Shown here: positions 50,175 to 60,016 of the stretch, in pieces
How positions within the stretch are numbered: position 1 is the stretch's first letter
How the letters are laid out: every line of letters begins with the position of its first letter
Source: Marsupella aquatica
Lineage: Eukaryota > Plantae > Marchantiophyta
Length of the DNA stretch: 64,000 nucleotides
NCBI GenBank assembly: GCA_973895155.1
Contig: OZ316893.1
Location: 1,178,860 to 1,242,859, forward strand
Reading direction: 5' to 3'
Program-made: the position numbers and the translations under genes
Notes under the pieces: model-generated
Databases searched by the model: none
The model's input: only the letters and a program-made list of their open reading frames with translations
What the model was told of the DNA's origin: nothing

Positions 50175-52299
50175 TAATGCCTCTATGGCCCCCATGGCAC
50201 AGGATGTACAGATAAAATGAGTAATCTCATATCCTACTAAATCCTTTTATTCTGCAACCTCCTCGAGAGATGATCACACCTACTCATAAACTTCCTTTGT
50301 CACACTAAAACAAAGAGACCAGACAAAATAGTTTTAAAAAAGTAAACAATGCGTTTGGCTTCAATACATAACAAAGTATCACCTCTGTGAGACCCATAAT
50401 TTGCCATTTTATAGTTTTGTCAGATTTCTCGTTGACAACTCTACCAAATCCCCCTACTTTGTGTACAAGGTTGCCTCCATTGCCAGCTCCATATCCTGTA
50501 TTTTATGAGTGATGTTCAATACATCTCGATCGACCGCACTAGTCTCTCCAAAGACCTAGTCATGTCTTTAGAAGAAAATTGGTCTTACTTAAAAGAAATT
50601 ACATTGACGTAAATCTGTATTGGTCTGTGCTCTTGTTGATGAGGGAGTAAATGATCATGATCTCTCGCCTGATATCAGTCTCATTGAGAACACTTATCCC
50701 TTAGAATTATCGACTCCTATAGAAACTATAGTTAAAGGCTCTTAACTGGGACAGCTATAAATTCCTTCTTGAGCATAAGTTGTCAACTTGAGCTAGCTAT
50801 AATATTATTTTGAATTTGCATATTTGAAAATAAGCCTTACAATGTGGGACTTTGTTTAGGAATTAACCTTGTCTCAAATTTAATTAATGTGTTAAATTCC
50901 TTTAAGTTACCTTTCAAGCTTCACAGTTGCTGATCAACTAGCTCATGCAAATGGAAATTTTGTCCAAAACAGCATTTAACCCTGAATAATTTACATGTTT
51001 CATGTTCAACTTCCCATCTAAAGGATACTGTCACATCTAAGTTTGACTAGTTTAAATTAGACATTTGCCTTCATATCACTTTACCATCTCTGTTTCACCA
51101 TAGTTAAACCACTTCCACCATAGGCAGCTAACCATAGTTAACCTTTTATTTCTTGGGATCAGACTGTTCATATGATCAAACCACAACTGCATCTATAAAG
51201 AGCTACCCATAGCTCTCATTTTAAAGAGCAGGTGCACTTTCACTAGGAGAGCTTGGGCCCACCTTTTATGGTGAGTACACTGTTCTCCAGAGGACAGGAA
51301 TGAGCAAAAGCAAGGCAGGGAATGGGGCTTCTATATAGGTAGGTGTGGTTTAACGGGCTATATATCATGATGGCAAAGCAAGAAGAGCTCAAATGCCTGA
51401 CTCTTGTCATAGAAACTATCCCATCAAGTTGTAGGGAATCCATTATAAATCCATACTACTGGTAATTCTACTTTTGTTCATATTTTATTGCTCCCTGGCT
51501 TGTGTGGTCAGGTATGTAAGCTGAATAGCTCGCAAATGTGAAGGTGGGAAGGACCAAGAGGGTGTTGAGTAATGTGAAGCTCATTTCTTCTTCCGCAACT
51601 GTGATCAACCAGGTAGGTTTCCTTAATTATATTAGAACTCCCTATACTTTGCCTTCAGGCAGCATCAGTTTTCTTCACATTTCAAGATCATGAGGCCACA
51701 ATGAAGACCAAATGAACAGAGAAAGATTGGAAACTGAGACACAATCAGAGATTGTGCACAGAGGTTTAAGCCCCTCAGGAAATGAAAGAAGTTGCCACAC
51801 TGGGAAGAAGAGCAAGGTCATTGTTACCTTCTCATCTATTTGCAGTGCCTTGAAAAGCCACGAAGAGACAACAGGTGAATTAAATTCTCTGTTGAAAAAC
51901 GTGGGAGTACTACACCCAGCAGAAACATGTATATTTTTGGCCAGAAATTGACAATTCTTATACACAAGTTGTTGGCTAGTCATGCATATGGAACTTGACT
52001 TGCGGCAATATCCTTCTAAAGTTCTAACATACAAACTATTCACTTCTGAATCACCCATCAATGTCCAGTTTAACTTACATGTTTAACTTACATAATAGAT
52101 CCAACCAGGAACTGTACAGAGAATGGCAGCTTTGGATCCCAATGACACAGTGCCATCTTCATTAACCAGATTCGAGAATGTACAGGACAACTGATACCCA
52201 ATGTTCAAGGTGAAAGCAGAATGGTCGACAAAGAAACCAAACAACATTTGGGTGAACACTCCAAGAGCCTTCATTTTTGTTGTCCCGTGACACATCCAT

Positions 52300-53615
52300 T
52301 TATATGGATTTCCAAACAATGTCCTGGAGAGCATGCCACAATTTGCTGTAGAAGTTCTGATATTCCAGAGTGTCACCACCAGACTTGCAAAGCTCCACCA
52401 TGAAAAGAGAAGGGGTCATTTAAATACCTCTGTTGCAACTGAAAGGTGCCCCTTCCTGCCTTGCATATCTCCTTGAAGCTTCAATTTATAATTTTGTTTT
52501 TGCATATTGAAGCCAAGGGGCTTTGCAGCTTCCTCAATCTTTGTAACAGTCTCATCTGCGGGATACTTTGATGTAAATCTAGATTCTCATTTCAACATCT
52601 CAGATTTCTCATCAATTAGTACAGAAACATTAAGACCTCAAGATAAGGAGATAAGCTCAAAAGCGTTCATCATATTTGGTTTTGTCGCTTTCTTCTCTTG
52701 CACCAAGTGCTCCGTGGAGTCACTGAAGACTACATCAACATCTGACAAGTCAGCATCGTTGTCTCCCTTGAACTTTGGTCGTTGGTAACCTTGCTTAAAC
52801 CACTCATTCTCTAGTATCTGGGGCACAGTGATGCGGCTTCTAGGGTTAGGGTCCAGTATCCTCAAAATCAACTTTTGAGCCGCAGGAGAAAACCATGGAG
52901 GAAAAGTGAATTCAGCTCGAAATAGTTTTTTGTACAGGGTCAATAGATTGGACTCATCAAACGGTAGGTACCCTGCTAGCAATACAAAGAGAATCACTCC
53001 ACAGGACCACAAATCAGCACTTGCCCCATTGTACCCTTTTTGATTGATGACCTCAAATGCAACATAATTGGGTGTGCCACACGAGGTGTGTAGCAGCCAT
53101 CCTCCCTAGCTAGTTTGTTGTGTTAGTGCACTTAGCCCAAAATCAGATATTTTCAAATTTCCTCTGATATCAAGCAGTAAGTTCTCCAACTTCAGGTCGC
53201 TATGGTAAACCCTCCGATTGTGGCAATAATCAACAGCATTTATGAGTTGCTGAAAGTACTTCCTGGATTCATCCTCCTTGAAATGACTGTGACAAGCCAT
53301 CCTATTAAAGAGTTCTCCACCAATTACAAATTCAAGGACGATGTAGATTCTTGTCTTGCTTGCTAGAACCTCCAGAAGCCGGACAATATTCGGATGCTTT
53401 ACCAACTTCATGGTTGAAATCTCCTGCTTTATCTGCTCCACCATTTTATGCCCCAAGATCTTTGCCTTGTCCAGGACTTTAATTGCCACACTCTCCCCTG
53501 TCTCCAGATTTTTTGCGAACCTCACTTTGCCAAACTTCCCTTCACCCAGCTGGCGGCCAAGCTCATACTTGCCAATCCGGGTTGAACTTACACTGGTAGG
53601 TCTCAACTTGGTCAT
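52300..53615 (-). pseudogene. CIPK: Intronless CBL-interacting protein kinase (CIPK) pseudogene
   Basis: Continuous kinase domain, NAF motif (MMNAFELISLS) and C-terminus (ESRFTSK..KPLGF..GRKGHLSVATEVF..GGDTLEY..DIVWK). Lesions: CTAG duplication frameshift at ~53106-53113, HRD to HSD, APE to AFE, stops at 52638 and ~52590, and a frameshift near 52420. Confidence 0.92.
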
Positions 53616-54889
53616 CGGATATCAGCTTGTGACAATACTAAATCATTATCTGCCACTTCCCAGGAGGAGACCCGAGCTCTATCAAAAGCCTATGTTCTCC
53701 TGGCCAAGAATCTCTTGACTGCACTCAAATTAGTAAGAGACCCACTCATACACAAGTCCCAGATCGTCATCCTTCCAAACAATGTTCAATCTGGAAATCA
53801 CAAGTGAAGATCACATTCATGGGCCTCAAGAACAAACTCTCAACTCAATTCCAGACAACAATTGAGCACATTTCTCTAAATGCAAAGCAGTATTGACATC
53901 AAAGCATCACCAGAGGCAGGCCACCAAGATAGTTCTCACGCAATTCACGGTCAAGTTGGTAAGGAGGTCATGACGACCCACGTAAGTGATGATGTGAGAA
54001 ATAATCTCCGGACCAGCAGATGGCCGATCTATAGAATTGGCGGCCCTCACAACTCCAGTAGTATGTCACCCGCCCAAGCGACCCCATAGATGTCGATATA
54101 TCGAGATGGGAACTGATCCAAGAATGGAAACAAGTCTGCAATCTGTACCCAATTACTATTGCAAGGGACTACTGCAGTTTCTAGACTCATCCTCCCTCAC
54201 TCGACACGGTCCTGAGAGAATAGATCTAGAGACGATGCAATGTTGCTCACAAGCTCCAAACAAAGGATGCCTTCCTGGGAACTGGTCACCACATTGGACT
54301 ACATGTTGACCACTACATATTTTATGGCATTTTGTTTGTTTGCCTGTGGCTTTTATATATTCTTGTCTTTATACACATTATTAATTTGCTGCCCAAGTCA
54401 TCCTTTATCGATTATTCGTAAGCATGATTGTCCTATACCACCAATTTTTCCATTTGGTAAAGAGGATGAAGGAGTGTGTGACATTGATATTTCTGAATTC
54501 TGTATGTATGAAACAAGTGATTGATGTCAAACTATGACTCTATGATGATTGTCTATGATACTTGAATCTGTTTTGTATCATTTGAGTATTAGTGTGTATG
54601 GTATAGAGAAATACTTTGTGACCTTCTTTGTAGTCTATGATGTTTGAATCTGTGAATTCATATTAGTGTACATGGTATAGAAGATGGCTTTCTGAAACTC
54701 TGAGTTCTAATGTTAACATGATGAATGGTGAGCTTATAGAGTGAGTTCATTCCAAGTACACAATAAAACATGAATGGAATGTGTTATTTGTGCACAAGAG
54801 TGAGTTCATTCCAAGTAGTATAGTGGGGTTTTCATCACTCATATCCAGTTGACATGAAAGACTTATACATACCCCACAAAGTGTTTACT

Positions 54890-55215
54890 TTAGTCATTTT
54901 ATAAACCCACAAAGTATATTTAAAGACTACCCTCCATAACCTTTCTAGTCGTTCCCAACGACTCACCATCGCAGCCTATATAAGACTAAAAATGACTCAC
55001 CAAACCTACCCACACAAAGACTACAATAGACTGAAAATCCAGTCTATTAAACGACTTACAAACCAGTTCTATAAAGGACTCAGTTGATTATAGTAACAAA
55101 ACATACGACTCGCAGTCCTATAAAGGACTGGAGTCTTTCCCAGTCGTTTCCAAGTCCTATACGGTACTGAATAGTCGTTTAATGGGGTCTAAATACCCCC
55201 CGGTTTCTACTAGTG
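54890..55215. mobile_element. One terminus of a CACTA (En/Spm) transposon
   Basis: Ends GGTTTCTACTAGTG (reverse complement CACTAGTAGAAACC) at 55215, preceded by direct and inverted subterminal repeats (AGTCGTT / AACGACT, CAGTCCTATAAAGGACTG). Matching other end not found. Confidence 0.65.
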
Positions 55216-55830
55216 GCACCTCATCAAAGGCTAGCCCACTCTTACATTTATATGTATTAAAATAGAATAGAAGTATGAGGTCTGTGAGAATAGGGTTTGG
55301 TTAGAGAGAGTCATGAACTGAGTCATTCATACTCCCTTCATTCTTGAGACCTTGATGCTCTGGATGACCTCTTTCACTCTTGGACTGCCTTCTTATATTA
55401 TGGGCAAGTGGTAACTGGGAATGTGTTTATTGTTTCCTATTGGATGTTGTTATTCAGTGTCCAAGAAACTTATAATTATATTTATTTCATTCAACACAAC
55501 CTCTTATCATGCATGGCACACACAGAAGTTGAAGATATGAGGAGGTATGTCTTCGCATTTTTGAATGCTACCTATGGTGGAAGGATGCACATAAAGTGCA
55601 TAGTTGTTGTACATTAGAAGTCCTAGCAAAGCACAGCCCTACTGTAGCAGTCTTCATTGCAGCAAGTGCCATCATGAATTCAGGCTTCATCAATCAATCA
55701 ATTTTGCACAACCTCCCTTCCCAAAAGTGCACTTCACTAAAGCACTTTTTACACAAAAGACTTGACACTTACCCGAAAACTGGAGGTCACTCTCTTATAA
55801 CCTAAATGGGAGTGGGCAAACAAGTAGCAT

Positions 55831-55967
55831 TTAAACTGCCACTAGCCTTCTCCCTTTTCACTTTCCTTTCATTCTTCTCCTCTCCCATTCTGTATCGCTC
55901 CACAAATTCAGGAAAGGATACTATTTATGGTGAAATCAAGTTTTTGTCATGGCTAGTGGTGGTTTAA
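55831..55967. mobile_element. MITE family B, copy 3
   Basis: TTAAACTGCCACTAGCC ... GGCTAGTGGTGGTTTAA. Confidence 0.7.
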
Positions 55968-56028
55968 GAGTGGGACCCAAGGGGCTTTAATATATTAGTT
56001 TCCCAGGAAGCAGCCACCTGAATGTTTT

Positions 56029-56155
56029 ATTTCCCAAGGTACCAACACTCAATGACGTGCCCTAGTACTAAGTATATCTCTTGGGTATCTATATTTCCCA
56101 AGGTACCAAATCTCAATGACTTACCCTAGTACTAACTATATATCTTGGGTATCTA
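56029..56155. repeat. 64-bp tandem duplication
   Basis: ATTTCCCAAGGTACCAA..CCCTAGTACTAA..TCTTGGGTATCTA at 56029 and 56093. Confidence 0.8.
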
Positions 56156-57958
56156 CATCTCCCATCACTTGAATTTTATTTTTCTTTCTCTATCTCACTA
56201 CACTGTCCATGTGACACCAAAATTAGAGTGGCTCACATGAATTTGCCTACACCTTTGTTAGGAATCACTAATTCAGTAAGTTCAGTCACATGATAAGGGG
56301 CAAACTAAAATTATGAAGAAATTTCAATTTCAGTCAACAAGATATGACACAGGAGCATGTCAAATCAATTTCTGAGAATGAACCAGGCTTCATTTATAGA
56401 ATTAGACAGATATGGTTGTGGGAATATCTTGCAGGGAAAGATCCAACACAGATCCAGCACAGCAAGAGCAAAGATTACATAGTAGAAGGCAGAGCAGGTT
56501 GGATTAGAGATCACAATGTGCTCTTGTATCTCAACCTGTAATAATTTCTAGTGAAATTAACTCTGGCTACATTCAGATAGAAGTAGGAATAATTAGCTAT
56601 CAAGGATAAACATCATTTTTTGCTCAATCCACTAGTGACAAGCAGAAAACATGATTGTGCAGTTGTCTAAGCAAGTTTAATGATTGTTGTAATTCAAATG
56701 GTCATAAAGATTGATGTTTCGGGTATCTATGTTGCATTGAAGGTCTGATGTTCAATTTTTTAACTTTGTGTTAAAAGTCCACTTCTTAATGCTTTCCCTT
56801 GGAGGTCCACTCCACATTTCTCAATGCTGTCCCCTGGGGACTAAGATCCACAGCCAAGTGCATCATGCTCCAAATGACTTCTCTTGTTTGCATCGGGGTT
56901 CCAATGCTATTGAATGACACTGAGTCTCAGTTTATGGCCCCTGTGTTGTGGTTCTTCCTCTACGCTCACTATTTAACTATGAAGGGGGCACTACAATTAG
57001 TGTGACTAAAAGTGTGACTTCATGTGAACTGCAATTAGAGTGACACCAAAATTAATGTAAGACACAAATTTTTAAGGGCTATGTAATTAGTGTGACTAAT
57101 ACTAATTCCAAGGGACAATGTACTTAGTGTAGCTATACAAGACATTGGGGCACTTGAGACTTTTTCACCACAGCAAACTGGAGAACCACTTCTTGTTCTA
57201 AAGATAGACTCCAAACCAAAAAATGTTTTGAAAGGAAATTCCATAAATACAAATGCCTTGAATAAAGGAGCCAGAATTGCAAATGATTTGGACCACCTAT
57301 GGAGGTGGTCCAAAATTCAAGATAAAATATGTACTTCATATCAGCATAATATATTTGGGCCCGCTCCTTGAAATGTAGGATTGGTAGAGAGCAGACATGA
57401 ATGGGCCCCTAGTTCTTGTAAAGCCAGATGGGGCACTTTCCACTATATATATAACAGTGCCTGAGGGCAAAAAAAGCCAAACCGGGAGACAAGATCCCAA
57501 TGGCAAAGCAACCCCATGAAGGGAAGGAAAAGAGGGTCCCCAACTGGGGCACTTTCCACTCATTATATCTTCCAGATTTGATACTCGAGAGAATAAGAGG
57601 AAGACAATTGGCCCCAACATCTTGTAAAGCCATCCTTAATTGAGTCACACATTACAGACGCTTACATGGAAGTCCAACAAATATGGCATATGCTTCTCAC
57701 AAACATGGTTTGCACTTTAGCCAAAAGTGGACTGTTTTTCTAGAATCAATCAATTGTCATAGTTTCTTTACACTAGGAAGCAAGTTCTGGAAGATTAACC
57801 ATTGGCAGAAACATGAGACTGGGTTGGGCCCTAGCTTGATTTCATTGATGACTCTGGCAGTGTCTCTTGCCCTCCCACCTTTACCATTGAATTTGGGAAT
57901 GCAAAATTTGTTGGAAATGAACCACATTCAAACTAAGATATATGGATGCAGCCACAAA

Positions 57959-58032
57959 GGGCCTGTAGCTCAGTGGTAGAGCACTACGATCATGTACACG
58001 GGAGGTTCTAGGTTCAATTCCTAGCCAGTCCA
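57959..58032 (+). pseudogene. tRNA-like module, array LTR1
   Basis: A box TAGCTCAGTGG, B box GGTTCAATTCC; 3-nt insertion in the anticodon region. Confidence 0.8.
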
Positions 58033-58156
58033 TGTTGTTGAAAGTTCCAACATGGTATCAAAGCCAAAGATTAGGAGTTTCCCTTGTAGCGAGTGCGGCT
58101 CAAGGGAGGGTGTTAGAAATGAACAACACTCGAACTAAGATGGATGCAACCACAAA

Positions 58157-58227
58157 GGGCCTGTAGCTCAGTGGTAGAGCACTACGATGTACACGAGAGG
58201 TCCTAGGTTCAATTCTTAGCCGGTCCA
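58157..58227 (+). pseudogene. tRNA-like module, array LTR2
   Basis: 71 nt GGGCCTGTAGCTCAGTGGTAGAGC...GGTTCAATTCTTAGCCGGTCCA. Confidence 0.8.
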
Positions 58228-58350
58228 TGTTGCTGAAAGTTCCAACATGTATCAAAGCCAAAGATTAGGAGTTTCCCTTGTAGCGAGTGCGGCTCAAGGG
58301 AGGGTGTTGGAAATGAACCACACTCGAACTAATATGGATGCAGCCACAAA

Positions 58351-58421
58351 GGGCCTGTAGCTCAATGGTAGAGCGCTATGATGTACACGGGAGGTCCTAG
58401 GTTCAATTCCTAGCTGGTCCA
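58351..58421 (+). pseudogene. tRNA-like module, array LTR3
   Basis: 71 nt GGGCCTGTAGCTCAATGGTAGAGC...CTAGGTTCAATTCCTAGCTGGTCCA. Confidence 0.8.
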
Positions 58422-58886
58422 TGTTGTTGAAAGTTCCAACCTTCTAGAACAATCTCAGGCTGTATATTGTAACACCTGTCTATATGACTAAAAAACACTT
58501 GTTTCTCATGGCTTACCATTTCTTTTTCATGTTCCAACTAGCCCAATGCTTCACACACTATTGACGATGGTAAGTGATGTTGAGCGGAAGTGCTGTCAAG
58601 CATAAATGAGATGACCAGGCAATTGGTGCTACAAGGAGTCACCCTTGCAAATGGATTTCAAGTAGTGTGCAAGCTTCAAGGAGAATAGCGGGTTAGACAC
58701 AAGAGAGGTGCACAATGGCATCGTTAGGCCCATCCTATGGTTAGGAGAAAATATCAGCATAATCAAACGGTCAAGGAGACTTCCAACCAGAATGATATGT
58801 CGTAAAGAGACCATGAGAAAGAAAGAGTGAGATTGTGTATTATAGTGTCTAGACTATTCTAGACTAGATTACACTAGATAGAACAA

Positions 58887-59024
58887 TAGGGTGTGTCAAA
58901 ACATAATTGTAACTGAGTTACAGTTCAGGACAAAATCCCTATGGGCTACCAAAATACGTACCCCATAAGGGTGATACGTCCAAAAAAATAAAATTGTAAC
59001 ACGGGAGAACTTTGACACACCCTA
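58887..59024. mobile_element. Small MITE
   Basis: Perfect 14-bp TIR TAGGGTGTGTCAAA / TTTGACACACCCTA; the terminal TA may be the TSD. Confidence 0.7.
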
Positions 59025-59090
59025 ATGGGGCAAGATTGTCATAGAATATAATAGTGCGTCTCAAATCTTGGCCTTAACAAGATAAGGCCC

Positions 59091-59470
59091 TCCCATAACT
59101 CAAGTATTATGGAACTCCCGTAAAAGTTATGGGGGTCGATCTTCGGCTACCGTAAGGAAAGACCGCAGGCTCAACACTTAACCCATAACTTTCTTGCAAC
59201 TTTAGACAGAACTCCCAAAATCTGGACATCCAGGACTCCGGAACTCCGGAAAGCCGCAACTGAAGACAAGTGGTATTTGCTCCTGACGTGGTGATAGTTG
59301 CTGCATTTGAGGAAGCGGCTGAACAAGAATTGAGGAAAAAATAATATATGTTGTGAGATAGGTGAGGCAGTAACTCCTGCCTTATGGGGCCGGTCAATGT
59401 TGTCTCTCCCCCATTTACCTCCCCCCATTTTTTAAATTCTATAATTGGGTCCCATAACTTGAGGTATGGG
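59091..59470. mobile_element. Putative MITE
   Basis: CCCATAACTCAAGTATTATGGAAC versus GTCCCATAACTTGAGGTATGGG as an imperfect TIR, with additional internal CCCATAACT / AGTTATGGG copies. Confidence 0.5.
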
Positions 59471-60016
59471 GTATATCACAAATTCGTACCTTTCACTAAT
59501 GACAGCTTTGAGATGCCCTAATGTAGTGCCTCTACACAAAACCATAAGCTCGGAAGTGCATATGAGTCTCGTCAGACAAAATTATAAACCTACATTAGGG
59601 ACCTCTGTGGAGGTTGAGATCATCCCGCCACAATGTCGAGTCATGGTTTGTATTTTGCCGCGAGTCACTCTCGTTTTTGGCGATGATTCTAATCTATCAC
59701 TTTCATGATGCAGATCTCTGCTCTCAGTCTCACCCATCTGGCTGAGAGACTGATTTCCTTCACGCCGTTGTTCGAATTGACAACCTACGAGTTTTGTCCA
59801 CGGAGAGTCTCGCTTGCTTTGGCCCAGGAGTGCGCTCGCGAAATTTTGAAGCTTCACAGTGTTCATGCGAAATTAGAATCGCGCCGTGCCTTTCAAGAAT
59901 GACCTTGATGTGCTCTTGAGGACCCACCCACAAAGGCGGCACTCACCGAAACCCATCAGTGCGTTTTCAGTTCTCAGCGTGCATTTCTGCGCCCGTTATA
60001 TTGCGTACAACCAAAG

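Larger units (their letters stand above)
57909..58441 (+). mobile_element. Tandem-array TRIM (LTR-int-LTR-int-LTR) with tRNA-like LTRs, same family as 1667-2003
   Basis: LTRs 57909-58052, 58111-58247, 58305-58441 (TGTTGGAA...TTCCAACA; last ends CC). Interiors 58053-58110 and 58248-58304, each with PBS T(G)GTATCAAAGCC and PPT AAGGGAGGG. No TSD seen. Confidence 0.92.

Noticed and set aside
57959-58421. Cluster of three functional tRNA genes (and two more at 1687-1956)
   Set aside because: Anticodon arms do not pair, no T-run terminators follow, and each copy sits inside an LTR bounded by PBS and PPT.
57909-58441. CRISPR-like repeat-spacer array
   Set aside because: The spacers are near-identical to each other, repeats are ~137 bp, the context is a plant nucleus and no cas genes are present.
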